Assembly: GCA_905373705.1 (NCBI GenBank) | Contig: CAJPUA010000001.1 | Span: forward strand, 1 to 34,398 | From: an uncultured Schwartzia sp. | Lineage (GTDB): Bacteria; Bacillota; Negativicutes; Selenomonadales; Selenomonadaceae | Reading direction: 5' to 3' | DNA length: 34,398 nucleotides | In this document: piece after piece, positions 6,969 through 16,918 of the stretch | Numbering within the stretch: the first letter of the stretch is position 1 | Layout of the letters: each line of letters begins with the position of its first letter | Translations under genes and position numbers: made by a program | Notes under the pieces: generated by a model | What the model was told of the DNA's origin: nothing | Database searches by the model: none | Seen by the model: only the letters and a program-made list of their open reading frames with translations

Positions 6969-9900
6969 CACTAAACTTTGGGCTTGGAGAGCCGGATACG
7001 ACGCCCCAGGCTCCTCAAGCCCTTGAGCCGGAACCGGAGCTGGAAGCTCCAAAGGTATCGGAGGAAAAGCCTAAGGGGCCGGAGCAGCAGCGCGTCAACT
7101 ATCGCATAACGAACGATGCTCTAGGCACCGGTGGCGCAAAGACGAAGTATACCCGCAACGTGGAGGCCATCCGCACCCTGCAGCGCATCGAGGGCGAGGG
7201 CAGGCTGGCCACCTCCGAGGAACAGGAGGTCCTAGCGCAGTACGTCGGCTGGGGCGGTCTGCCCCAAGTCTTTGATGAAAAAAATGAGAGCTGGGGTAAG
7301 GAATACGCTGAACTGAAGGACCTTCTCTCCAAGGAAGAATACACGGCGGCCCGCGCCTCAACTCTCAACGCGCACTACACCTCTCCTACCGTTGTGAAGG
7401 CGATCTACGGCACCTTGGAGCGGATGGGCCTCAGCTCTGGCAATATCCTGGAGCCTGCCTGCGGCACGGGAAACTTCTTCGGCCTCGTACCGGAGAGCAT
7501 GGCGGGCGCGAAGCTCTACGGCGTCGAGCTGGATGGCATCACGGGTCGTATCGCCCGCCAACTCTATCAAGAGGCGGACATCACCGTCGATGGCTACGAG
7601 CGGACCCACTTTCCGGATAACTTCTTCGATGCGGCCGTCGGGAATGTTCCGTTCGGGGCCTACCGGGTCGCGGATCCCAAGTATGACAGGCATGGCTTTG
7701 CAATCCATGACTATTTCTTCGCCAAGACCCTCGACCAGGTGCGGCCGGGCGGTGTCGTTGCCTTTGTAACCTCCAAGGGGACCCTGGACAAAGCCAACCC
7801 CTCGGTCCGGCAGTACATTGCCCGTCGGGCCGAGCTCCTGGGGGCCGTTCGGCTTCCTAACACCGCCTTCAAAGCCAATGCCGGAACCGAAGTCACGACC
7901 GACATCCTCTTCCTCCAGAAGCGGGACCACATCATCGACGACGTTCAGCCCGAATGGCTGCATACCTTTAACAACGCCGAGGGCGTGCCCGTCAATAACT
8001 ATTTCCTCCAGCACCCGGAAATGATGCTGGGGACGATGGCCTTTGATTCCTCGATGTACGGCAACGAGAGGGAGACGACCTGCAACCCCATCGAGGGGGC
8101 CGACCTCGCCGAGCAGCTCCACGAAGCGATGGGGAACATCCAGGGGAAGATAACGGCCCGCGAGCAGGAGATACGGGAGCAGTACAAGGAGACGATCCCC
8201 GCCGACCCATCGGTTCGTAACTACAGCTACACCCTGGTGGACGGGGAGTTGTACTACCGTGAAAACTCGGTCATGTACAAGCCGGATCTTCCCCGGACCT
8301 CTATGGAGCGCGCCAAGGATATGGTCGGGTTGCGGGACCTCTGCCGCGCCGTCATCGACGCCCAGATGGATGGGGTGTCCGACGAGGACCTGCAGGTCCT
8401 TCAGAAGGACCTCAACCAAGCCTATGACCGTTTCGTCCGGCGACACAGTCGCATCAACGATGCGGCGAGCGCCCGCGCCTTCGACGAGGACAGTTCCTAT
8501 TACCTGCTGTGCGCGCTGGAGAACCTGGACGAAGACCGCCGTTTCATCGGGAAGTCGGACATGTTCACGAAGCGGACCATTCGACAGAACGTCGTCCCGA
8601 CCTCCGCCGAAACGCCGCAGGAGGCCCTGCTGCTGTCGATCTCCGAGAAGGCCCACGTGGACATGGACTACATGGCGTCGCTCACGGGTCGGACAGAGGA
8701 GGAGTTGGTGCAGGAGCTTCGGGGCGCGATATTTCGCGTTCCGGACCGTGTGGAGCCGGAAACGGGAAGGGCGGTCTATCAGACGGCGGACGAGTATCTG
8801 TCCGGCAACGTCCGCGAGAAGCTGGAGACGGCACGGCGCTATGCTGAACGGGAACCGGAACTCTTTGCCGGCAACGTGAAGGCGCTGGAGGAAGCACAGC
8901 CGAAGCCGCTGACGGCAGGGGAGATCGACGTGCGCCTCGGAGCGACGTGGGTAGACCCGAAGTACGTACAGGCGTTCATGTTCGAGCTTTTGCAAACCCC
9001 ACCGTACATGACATACACCATCAAGGTTTCCTACTCGCCGATGTCTGCCACATGGAACATATCGAACAAGGTGAAAGACGTCGGGAACGTCCGGGCGAAC
9101 ACGACCTACGGCACGAAGGACCTCAACGCCTACAAGATAATAGAGGAAACGCTGAACCTCAAAACCGTACGGATATACAAGGCTGTTGAAGGGCCGGACG
9201 GCAAGGAAACTCGCGTCCTGGACCCGGAGGCTACCGCCCTGGCGCAGCAGAAGCAGGAGGAGATCAAGGAAAAGTTCAGGGAGTGGGTCTTCCGGGACCC
9301 AAAGCGTCGGGACGTCCTCGTCGAGGAGTACAACAGGCGTTTCAACTCCACACGCGCGCGGGAATACGACGGGACGCATCTCCGGTTTGGGGGCATCAAC
9401 CCGGAGATTGTCCTGCGGGAGCACCAGAAGAACGCCATTGCGCGCATCCTCTACGGCGGAAATACGCTGCTGGCGCACGAGGTGGGGGCAGGCAAGACCT
9501 ACGAGATGGTCGCTGCAGCGATGGAGGGGAAGCGCCTGGGTTTGGCACACAAGAGCCTCTTCGTCGTCCCGAACCACCTAACGGAACAGATGGCCACGGA
9601 AACTCTGCGGCTCTATCCAGGGGCGAACGTCCTGGTGGCCACGAAGAAGGACTTTGAAACAAAGAACCGCAAGAAGTTCTGCGCCCGCATCGCCACCGGC
9701 GACTACGATGCCATCGTCATCGGCCATTCCCAGTTCGAGAAAATCCCACTCTCCCTGGAGCGGCAGGCCCGGTTCGTCGAGGAGCAGATCGAGGAGATTA
9801 CTCAGGGCATCGAGGAGCTGAAAGAGGAACGGGGTGAGCGCTGGACCATCAAGCAGATGGAGAAGTCCAAGAAGGACCTGGAGGCGAAGCTGACAAAGCT

Positions 9901-12493
9901 TCAGGCACAGGAGAAAAAGGACGACGTGGTGACCTTCGAGGAGCTGGGCGTGGACCGGATGTTCGTGGACGAAGCCCACAACTACAAAAACTTGTTCCTC
10001 TACACAAAAATGCGGAATGTCGCCGGAATATCGCAGACCGAGGCGCAGAAGTCCAGCGACATGTACATGAAGTGTCGATACATGGACGAGCTGACAAGGA
10101 ATAAGGGCGTCATCTTCGCCACGGGGACGCCTGTCAGTAACTCCATGACGGAGCTTTATACCATGCAGCGGTACCTTCAGAATGACAAGCTGCAGGAGCT
10201 GGGGCTCCAGCACTTCGACGCTTGGGCCTCCACCTTCGGGGAAACCGTGACGGCGATGGAGCTGGCCCCGGAGGGGACGGGGTTCCGCGCAAAGACGCGC
10301 TTCGCCAAATTCTTCAATCTGCCGGAGCTGATGGCCACCTTCAAAGAGGTCGCGGACATCAAGCTGGCGGACCAGCTGAACCTGCCGCGGCCGAAGGCGA
10401 ACTTCCATACCGTCGCGGTCAAGCCGAGCGAGCATCAGAAGGAGCTGGTCCAGGCGCTCTCAGAGCGGGCCAGCAAGGTCCACAGCAAGGAAGTAGAACC
10501 AACAGAGGACAATATGCTCAAGATCACTTCGGATGGGCGCAAGATCGGGCTGGACCAGCGGTTGATCAACCCGCTGTTGCCCGACGAGCTGGGCAGTAAG
10601 GTCAACTCCTGTACGGAAAACGTCTTCAAAATCTGGAATGACACAAAGGAAAAGAGGCTGACACAGCTCATCTTCTGCGATTTCTCGACGCCAGGCAAGG
10701 ATAAGGGCTTCAACGTCTATGACGATATCAGGAGGAAGCTGATCGCCCGCGGCGTGCCGGAGGAGGAGATCGCGTTCATCCACGACGCCGATACCGAGGT
10801 GAAGAAGGACCAGCTCTTCGCGAAAGTGCGCAGCGGAGCCGTCCGGGTACTGATGGGCTCCACGCAGAAAATGGGGGCTGGAACGAATGTCCAGGACCGG
10901 CTCATAGCCATGCACGACCTGGACTGTCCGTGGCGGCCGGCAGACCTGGAACAGCGAGCCGGGCGCATTGTTCGGCAAGGGAACCGGAACCCGGAGGTGG
11001 ACATCTACCGGTATGTCACGGAGAACACGTTCGATGCCTACCTGTACCAGACCATCGAGAACAAACAGAAGTTCATCAGCCAGGTGATGACGAGCCGGAC
11101 GCCTCTGCGAAGTTGCGAAGACGTGGATGAGTCGGTCCTGAGCTACGCCGAGGTGAAGGCCCTCTGCATCGGGGACCCGAGGATCAAAGAGAAGATGGAG
11201 CTCGATGTCGATGTGGCGAAGCTGAAGCTGATGGAGGCGAGCTTCAACAACCAGCGATTTACGCTGGAGGACAAGCTGTTGAAGGGTTTTCCTTGTGTCA
11301 TAGCTCAAACGGAGCAGAAAATCCAGTTGCTCGAACAAGACGCGGCTGCAGCGGAGAAGACACGGGAGCAAGACTTCTCCATAACAATCCTGGGCAAGAT
11401 CTACGGGCTGGACGCCGAGGGCAAGCCGCGGAAGCAGGAGGCAGGGGAGGCACTGCTGGCCGCAGCCCAAGCCCTTGGGAAGAACCAAGGGACAATAGGG
11501 GAGTACCGGGGCTTCAAGATGGGCTTTCACTACGATGCCGTCTTCAACAAGGTCTACCTGAACCTGGTCGGAGCGGACACGCACAACGTGGAGTTAGGCG
11601 AGAGCGCGGTGGGCAACATGACGCGCATTGAGAACGCCATCGAGGGCATACCGGCCCGCCTCCAGGAGGCACAGGAGAGGCTGGAAAACCTCCACGAACA
11701 GGTACGGGCTGCGAAGGAGGAGCTGGGGAGGGAGTTCCCCCATGCTCAGGATTTGCGGGAAAAGACCGCCCGGTTGAGTGAGCTCAACGCAGCACTGTCC
11801 ATGCAGGACGATAGGGGGGAGCACAACGTGTCGGAGCAGGTAAACTTTGGAAAGCTGAACGACAAGGAGCGCGTGGCGTTCCTCGTGAAAGAGGCGGAGC
11901 GGCAGCCTGAACATGCCTTGGAAATTCTGAACGTCGCCTTCCGACAAGGGGTGTACGTCACCTCACAACTCCAGGCATCAAATTGCGGATTCTACAACAT
12001 CTTCGAGCTGCGCGACGTCATGTCCGCCGCCGGACTGAACGACCGCGAACGTTTCGATTCACTTCTGTGCAGGCTTAGGGATGAGGAGCAGGTACAGCTC
12101 CATGCCGGAGACGTGACGGTCCACACGCCGGAGGAGAACGAGAAAGGATTCATTGATGAAAACGGATTCCGTATGGGAACCTTCACCCTGTCCAAGACTC
12201 CAGAGGCCTTCCGGGCGACCGAGGAAAGCCTGGTGCGAGTAACAGAGAACACTCAAGCCTCTTGTCGGGAAGTTTACACACCGAAGGTTGGTGATAAAAT
12301 CGAGTTTGCCCCCCATGAAGGAGGCATCCGACTGAAGGGTTCGGTTGTATCTGTTACCGAGGAAACGGTCGTTTTAAAGGCTGGAAGAAGAGAGATTCCT
12401 GTTTTCAAAAGCAAAGGAGTCTTCTCAGAGCAAAAAGTCATCGGGGCGGAAAAGAATGTAGCTTCCCAAGATATTGATCTTGCCTGTGTTTAG
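6965..12493 (+). CDS. Giant N6-adenine DNA methyltransferase / SNF2-family helicase fusion with a C-terminal extension
   Basis: The formal ATG ORF is 6650-12493 (1947 aa), but 6650-6964 looks non-coding in this frame (see findings). CTG 6965 overlaps the upstream stop (CTGA). Methyltransferase motifs [13 protein letters not shown] and AAVGNVPFG. Helicase motifs [14 protein letters not shown] (I), [10 protein letters not shown] (II), [10 protein letters not shown] (III), [12 protein letters not shown] (V), [13 protein letters not shown] (VI). Confidence 0.85.
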   Translation: MTLNFGLGEPDTTPQAPQALEPEPELEAPKVSEEKPKGPEQQRVNYRITNDALGTGGAKTKYTRNVEAIRTLQRIEGEGRLATSEEQEVLAQYVGWGGLPQVFDEKNESWGKEYAELKDLLSKEEYTAARASTLNAHYTSPTVVKAIYGTLERMGLSSGNILEPACGTGNFFGLVPESMAGAKLYGVELDGITGRIARQLYQEADITVDGYERTHFPDNFFDAAVGNVPFGAYRVADPKYDRHGFAIHDYFFAKTLDQVRPGGVVAFVTSKGTLDKANPSVRQYIARRAELLGAVRLPNTAFKANAGTEVTTDILFLQKRDHIIDDVQPEWLHTFNNAEGVPVNNYFLQHPEMMLGTMAFDSSMYGNERETTCNPIEGADLAEQLHEAMGNIQGKITAREQEIREQYKETIPADPSVRNYSYTLVDGELYYRENSVMYKPDLPRTSMERAKDMVGLRDLCRAVIDAQMDGVSDEDLQVLQKDLNQAYDRFVRRHSRINDAASARAFDEDSSYYLLCALENLDEDRRFIGKSDMFTKRTIRQNVVPTSAETPQEALLLSISEKAHVDMDYMASLTGRTEEELVQELRGAIFRVPDRVEPETGRAVYQTADEYLSGNVREKLETARRYAEREPELFAGNVKALEEAQPKPLTAGEIDVRLGATWVDPKYVQAFMFELLQTPPYMTYTIKVSYSPMSATWNISNKVKDVGNVRANTTYGTKDLNAYKIIEETLNLKTVRIYKAVEGPDGKETRVLDPEATALAQQKQEEIKEKFREWVFRDPKRRDVLVEEYNRRFNSTRAREYDGTHLRFGGINPEIVLREHQKNAIARILYGGNTLLAHEVGAGKTYEMVAAAMEGKRLGLAHKSLFVVPNHLTEQMATETLRLYPGANVLVATKKDFETKNRKKFCARIATGDYDAIVIGHSQFEKIPLSLERQARFVEEQIEEITQGIEELKEERGERWTIKQMEKSKKDLEAKLTKLQAQEKKDDVVTFEELGVDRMFVDEAHNYKNLFLYTKMRNVAGISQTEAQKSSDMYMKCRYMDELTRNKGVIFATGTPVSNSMTELYTMQRYLQNDKLQELGLQHFDAWASTFGETVTAMELAPEGTGFRAKTRFAKFFNLPELMATFKEVADIKLADQLNLPRPKANFHTVAVKPSEHQKELVQALSERASKVHSKEVEPTEDNMLKITSDGRKIGLDQRLINPLLPDELGSKVNSCTENVFKIWNDTKEKRLTQLIFCDFSTPGKDKGFNVYDDIRRKLIARGVPEEEIAFIHDADTEVKKDQLFAKVRSGAVRVLMGSTQKMGAGTNVQDRLIAMHDLDCPWRPADLEQRAGRIVRQGNRNPEVDIYRYVTENTFDAYLYQTIENKQKFISQVMTSRTPLRSCEDVDESVLSYAEVKALCIGDPRIKEKMELDVDVAKLKLMEASFNNQRFTLEDKLLKGFPCVIAQTEQKIQLLEQDAAAAEKTREQDFSITILGKIYGLDAEGKPRKQEAGEALLAAAQALGKNQGTIGEYRGFKMGFHYDAVFNKVYLNLVGADTHNVELGESAVGNMTRIENAIEGIPARLQEAQERLENLHEQVRAAKEELGREFPHAQDLREKTARLSELNAALSMQDDRGEHNVSEQVNFGKLNDKERVAFLVKEAERQPEHALEILNVAFRQGVYVTSQLQASNCGFYNIFELRDVMSAAGLNDRERFDSLLCRLRDEEQVQLHAGDVTVHTPEENEKGFIDENGFRMGTFTLSKTPEAFRATEESLVRVTENTQASCREVYTPKVGDKIEFAPHEGGIRLKGSVVSVTEETVVLKAGRREIPVFKSKGVFSEQKVIGAEKNVASQDIDLACV

Positions 12494-12520
12494 CGGAGTG
12501 GAAAGGAAGGAGTGTACAAA

Positions 12521-12760
12521 ATGAAAGAGTGGACGAGCAGCATGAGCAAGGAAGAAACAATGGCGATCATTGTGAAGGCACAAGAATTAGAAAGCTTAGG
12601 GAAGAAAGAAGATGCTGCAGCACTCAGGATTCAGATTCCTTTGCATCCTGGAGTTGCGGATGATATTAAACGTTTTAATGGTATTCAATGGTTGATTGAT
12701 GGAGGCTTTAACCTTACCGATGCGGTTGCAGCTTTTGGGGAAAAGTGGCTCCATGAATGA
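12521..12760 (+). CDS. Small conserved plasmid protein, copy A of a duplicated module
   Basis: 79 aa from ATG 12521, with an AAGGAAGGAG RBS 8-9 nt upstream. Paralogous to 16670-16918 (IPLHPGVADDIKRFNGIQWLIDGGFNLTDAVAAFGEKWLHE versus VPLSLPMANVLKQDWGIKRMLEVGCNLDDAVAIYGKEWLND). Confidence 0.65.
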   Translation: MKEWTSSMSKEETMAIIVKAQELESLGKKEDAAALRIQIPLHPGVADDIKRFNGIQWLIDGGFNLTDAVAAFGEKWLHE

Positions 12761-14015
12761 TCGTTTCGAAAAAGATCTTCTCTTAAACATTACAGAATGT
12801 GGTAGTTTAAGAGATTTGAGAGATCAGTCATTTGAAAACGTCAAATACTCGAACGGCATCAAGGAGCTCTGCAATTTGCTTCAAGATACTATTCGATCAA
12901 AGTCCCCTCAGCAGAGTCTTCTGGCCGAGAAGTATTGTATCGTGTTTCAGCGTAACTACTGCACGACTAACGAAGCTGAGAGGGACAAGCTCAACGACCA
13001 GTTGATGAAGCTGGCGGATGCTCAGACATCCGTCAGCCTCGTCATGGAGCCGGAGCGATATCGTGAATTTGCTCAAAGCAGCTTCATGGAAACACGGGAG
13101 GGGCGTTTGCCCTACCATGGTTGTGCGGTTTTCGTGAAAACACAGATTGATACCCTTAACAGGAGCGGGCAGGGGACAGGCATTGAGGCCGAAAAAGAGC
13201 TGTGGAAGCTCAGGAAAGAGAACCTTCGTGCCTGCAGGGACGCTTTTGAGGTCCTCCAGGAAGAAGCGCTCTTCAATGCGCCTGAACATGAGCCGCAGAA
13301 CGTGGAGTCCCCCAATATGGCGGAGGTTCAGGCCGCCGAGAGCAAGGCCTCTCTCATACAAGGGCTGGACAAGAGCGCGGACGGCATGAGCACGGTCGAG
13401 GGAAAAGACGTCGGGTATCTTGAGGAAGGGTACATGGCAGCCGCAAACGAGGTCAAATATGAGGCTCAGGAGGCCCGAACCGCCAATATCGAAGCTCAGT
13501 CCCTGAAGGCGGGCCAGAGGGTCACGTTTCAGGCGAAGGATAAGGGCGGCAGCGTGAAGCTGACCGGAACGGTCGAGAAGGTTGATGCAACAACGGTCAC
13601 ACTTAAGTGCGGCAGCATGAGCATCCCGGTCGCTAAGGAAAGCGGCGTCTTCAGCCAGCCTCTAATCCAGCCTAAAGAACACACGCAAGCATTTGCCAGG
13701 GAACAAGCCATGCAGTCCCTGGGGCCTGGGGGAAAGGTCCTGCTTGCCAGGCATAAGGGGACCTACTCCGGGCAGATTATCGGCAAGACGTCCACCTTCG
13801 CCATTCAGAAGATCAACGAAAACACGGCGGTCCTGCACCGTCTGAAGGATCTGGAGGGCAGGGAAAAGGACGCTCAAGGACTTCTCAAGGAGGGAAACGA
13901 ACTGACCATTTCCCGTGACGGAACGAACGTTTCCCTAAGCCAGCTTAAGCCCGGTGAACGCGATAACGATAAAGTCCGCACGCAGCAGAAGACGCGCGGC
14001 TCAATCGGGCGGTGA
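12753..14015 (+). CDS. Plasmid protein with C-terminal SH3/KfrB-like beta-rich modules, copy A of a duplicated module
   Basis: 420 aa from ATG 12753, with an 8-nt overlap (ATGAATGA) with the small gene. The N-terminal and central regions are paralogous to 16911-17729. The YSGQIIGKTSTFAIQKINENTAVLHRLKDL motif resembles the KfrB-type domain. Basic C-terminal tail. Confidence 0.7.
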   Translation: MNDRFEKDLLLNITECGSLRDLRDQSFENVKYSNGIKELCNLLQDTIRSKSPQQSLLAEKYCIVFQRNYCTTNEAERDKLNDQLMKLADAQTSVSLVMEPERYREFAQSSFMETREGRLPYHGCAVFVKTQIDTLNRSGQGTGIEAEKELWKLRKENLRACRDAFEVLQEEALFNAPEHEPQNVESPNMAEVQAAESKASLIQGLDKSADGMSTVEGKDVGYLEEGYMAAANEVKYEAQEARTANIEAQSLKAGQRVTFQAKDKGGSVKLTGTVEKVDATTVTLKCGSMSIPVAKESGVFSQPLIQPKEHTQAFAREQAMQSLGPGGKVLLARHKGTYSGQIIGKTSTFAIQKINENTAVLHRLKDLEGREKDAQGLLKEGNELTISRDGTNVSLSQLKPGERDNDKVRTQQKTRGSIGR

Positions 14016-14019
14016 AGCC

Positions 14020-16131
14020 ATGCCACCTAAAGTAAAAATTCAAGGGCAATACGGTTATCAGAACACCCGCTCGACCTCCGGCACCAAAATCCTGAAGGGT
14101 ATCGTCGGTGCAATCGTCCTTGTTGTGACCAGCGCCGCCGTGGCGACAAACTACCTGATTCGCGAGTTGGGCGAGAGCGCTTCGCCAGTCTTCAAGCTTT
14201 TCGACATCCCGATCTACCCGCCGTATCTCTGCTACCTCCAACTCTATGATGCGCTTATCCGAGGTGATACCTCAGAGCCCATCATGGCAGCTCTGCTGAT
14301 CGCCGGAACCGGCACGGCCTTTGCAGTACTCCTGCTCTTTTTAGGGTTCTCCAAAGGTCGGAGCAAAGCCAGCCTTTCAACAGTTCACGGGTCAGCACGG
14401 TGGGCCGACAAGAAAGACCTCATCGAGGCCGGCCTGCTTCCGCACCCAGGTACGGTCCCAACAGAGGTCAGCGTCTACACGGGAGGATGGTACGACCCTA
14501 AGACAAACCGCCTGATGTATCTGATACACGGCGGCCCGGAACACATCCTGGCCTTCGCCCCGACACGCTCTGGCAAAGGCGTTGGTCTGGTCATCCCTTC
14601 ACTCTTGCGCTGGGCGGATTCCGTCCTGGTCTACGACATCAAGGGAGAAAATTTCCAGCTCACGTCCGGCTGGCGAAAAGAGGAGTTAGGCAGCATCGTC
14701 ATCAAGTTGGACCCGACCGATCCGGATGCCTTCGAGAAGGGGACCTCCGGGACCTTCAATCCCCTTGAGGAGCTGACTTTGGACTATGGACACAGGGAGC
14801 CGCCCGAACCCGGAACCTGGCCACAGATGGAGCGCGTCAGTTCCGGTGAAACGGCCAGTATCCAAAACCTCGTCAGCATGATCGTAGACCCTGATGGGAA
14901 AGGACTTGAAGACCACTGGGCTAAAACAGCCCACAGCCTCATAGTAGGCTGCATCACTCATCTTCTGTACGTCGGTAAACGGGAAGGACGCACGCCATGC
15001 CTGGCAGACGTCGTGGCGGAACTCACTAAGCCTGGCATCCCCTGGCGGGCCAACATATCTCAATGGCAGCAGTTTCCTCATCTGGGCTTCACGGAGTTTG
15101 GAGCATCCGTTCACCCTGTGGTGAATAACGCAGCGCAGGAGATGCTGAACCGTGATGACCGAGAGGCCTCCAGCGTCCTGTCCACAACCGTAGCGTATCT
15201 GACGCTGTATCGCGACCCAGTGATTGCAAGGAATACCTCCAGGTCTTCATTTCACATCAAAGACCTGATGAACCATGAACGACCGATGAGCCTGTACCTC
15301 GTCGTCAAACCTGTGGATAAAGACAGGATTCGGCCTTTCGTCCGGCTGTTCATCACACAGGTCATCCGCCGTCTGGCAGACACAATGGAGTTCAAAGACG
15401 GCCAGCAGGTCAGGACATACAAGCACAGATTACTCTTGATGCTGGACGAGTTCCCTTCCCTGGGGCGGTTACAGATATTCGAGGAGGCGCTGGCCTTCAT
15501 CGCTGGATACGGGCTCAAGGCATACCTCATCATCCAGGATATCGCACAGCTCCACAAGATATACGGCAAAGACGAGGCTATCACAGGCAACTGCCATGTC
15601 AAAGTTGCCTACGCCACCTCAAACCCGGATACGGCCCGGTACCTCTCCGAGTCCTCCGGGACGACTACGGTCATCAAGGAGGCGGAGAGCCTGTCACAAG
15701 ACCGGGGCAACATCTTTGGAAGAAGAAACGTCAGCATGAGCCTTCAAGAGGTTCAACGGCCACTACTAACCGTAGACGAGTGCATGAGGTTGAAAGGCCC
15801 TGAGAAGGACGCGACGGGAAGAATCCTAACGCCCGGCGACATGCTCATCTTCATAGCGGGCTATGCGGCGGTGTACGGGCGTCAGATGCTCTATTTCCTG
15901 GACTCTGAATTCAATCGCCGCGTGAAGATTAACGCTCCACTGGTTTCAGATGCGACCATCCAAACACAGAAAGGAACCAAAGATGCCCTGAACGCTCTCC
16001 TGGAGAAATGGGAAGGAAGCGGCGACCCAGATGAACCCGCTATATGGGAGCTTGAGGAGCTGGCGGCTATTGGCGCTATCGACCTGGAAAACGTCAAAAT
16101 CATTGGAACAGACATGGCGGAAACAGTATGA
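14020..16131 (+). CDS. traG: TraG/VirD4 type IV coupling protein
   Basis: About 703 aa from ATG 14020 (the formal ORF opens at 13954 and overlaps the previous gene). N-terminal TM segments. Walker A FAPTRSGKGVGLVIPSLL. Walker B HRLLLMLDEFPSLG. Confidence 0.9.
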   Translation: MPPKVKIQGQYGYQNTRSTSGTKILKGIVGAIVLVVTSAAVATNYLIRELGESASPVFKLFDIPIYPPYLCYLQLYDALIRGDTSEPIMAALLIAGTGTAFAVLLLFLGFSKGRSKASLSTVHGSARWADKKDLIEAGLLPHPGTVPTEVSVYTGGWYDPKTNRLMYLIHGGPEHILAFAPTRSGKGVGLVIPSLLRWADSVLVYDIKGENFQLTSGWRKEELGSIVIKLDPTDPDAFEKGTSGTFNPLEELTLDYGHREPPEPGTWPQMERVSSGETASIQNLVSMIVDPDGKGLEDHWAKTAHSLIVGCITHLLYVGKREGRTPCLADVVAELTKPGIPWRANISQWQQFPHLGFTEFGASVHPVVNNAAQEMLNRDDREASSVLSTTVAYLTLYRDPVIARNTSRSSFHIKDLMNHERPMSLYLVVKPVDKDRIRPFVRLFITQVIRRLADTMEFKDGQQVRTYKHRLLLMLDEFPSLGRLQIFEEALAFIAGYGLKAYLIIQDIAQLHKIYGKDEAITGNCHVKVAYATSNPDTARYLSESSGTTTVIKEAESLSQDRGNIFGRRNVSMSLQEVQRPLLTVDECMRLKGPEKDATGRILTPGDMLIFIAGYAAVYGRQMLYFLDSEFNRRVKINAPLVSDATIQTQKGTKDALNALLEKWEGSGDPDEPAIWELEELAAIGAIDLENVKIIGTDMAETV

Positions 16132-16625
16132 CACAGAAAAAATGGATTGCTCTGCTTGTCGGCAGCATGGTTATGCTCGTCGTCGCCTATGGCCTTGGGT
16201 TCAGATGGAACTTTACACATTCTGTGCCGACCGGCCTGTGGCGCTTAGAAGATGGCGCAATTCAACGCGGGGATTATGTGCAGGTTTCACCAAACGACCT
16301 ACCATGGTATCGTTTTGGTGTGGAACGCGAATACTATCGTGACGAAGCCCCACTGTTAAAGAAAGTTGTCGCCCTTGAAGGCGATGTTGTCAGCCTCGAT
16401 GCTTCCCAACATAGCGTAACTGTCGATGGCATCCATGTATCTCTCTCCGAATGGCGTTCACGCGATATCGCTGGGCGCGTCATGCCGTCGCCATCATTCC
16501 CCATCCGGTTGAAGCCAGGCGAGGCGTGGCTGGCTTCGGAGAATGAACGCGGTTACGATTCACGATACTTTGGACCAGTCCCCACGAGGCTTTTACGCCG
16601 TGCAAGGCTGATCTTTAAATTGTGA
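16128..16625 (+). CDS. traF: TraF-type conjugative signal peptidase (S26 family, pilin maturation)
   Basis: 165 aa. ATGA overlap with traG. N-terminal TM segment, NFTHSVPTGLW and ENERGYDSRYFGPVP motifs typical of TraF/LepB-like peptidases. Confidence 0.8.
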   Translation: MTQKKWIALLVGSMVMLVVAYGLGFRWNFTHSVPTGLWRLEDGAIQRGDYVQVSPNDLPWYRFGVEREYYRDEAPLLKKVVALEGDVVSLDASQHSVTVDGIHVSLSEWRSRDIAGRVMPSPSFPIRLKPGEAWLASENERGYDSRYFGPVPTRLLRRARLIFKL

Positions 16626-16669
16626 TAAAATTAGCTGAGAGAAGCACTTTAGGAGGGGAGGAAGCAAAT

Positions 16670-16918
16670 ATGGGATTCAAACCCGCATACAAGTCCACGA
16701 TGTCCGATGAACGGAGAAAGGAACTTAGGAGTGAAGCAATTGCAGCCATGAAGGCTGGAAATATGGATTTGGCAAGGAAGATTGCGATGAAAGTCCCTTT
16801 GTCTTTGCCAATGGCGAATGTTTTGAAGCAGGATTGGGGAATCAAAAGGATGCTGGAAGTGGGGTGCAATTTGGACGATGCGGTAGCGATTTACGGCAAG
16901 GAGTGGCTGAATGACTGA
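16670..16918 (+). CDS. Small conserved plasmid protein, copy B of the duplicated module
   Basis: 82 aa from ATG 16670, with an AGGAGGGGAGGAAG RBS upstream. Paralog of 12521-12760. Confidence 0.65.
   Translation: MGFKPAYKSTMSDERRKELRSEAIAAMKAGNMDLARKIAMKVPLSLPMANVLKQDWGIKRMLEVGCNLDDAVAIYGKEWLND

Noticed and set aside
5944-7052. Minus-strand ORFs of 238 aa and 193 aa, antisense to the end of traI and to the tnpV-like gene.
   Set aside because: These are shadow ORFs opposite strongly supported plus-strand genes. No motifs were seen.
7358-9577. A 739-aa minus-strand ORF, and several other long antisense or off-frame ORFs inside the giant gene (for example 9578-10435, 10460-11584, 8259-8879, 9186-9581).
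   Set aside because: Their translations are Arg/Leu/Val/Pro/Gly-rich low complexity with no motifs. The plus-strand frame carries complete methyltransferase and SNF2 motif sets. These are typical shadow ORFs of GC-rich coding DNA.
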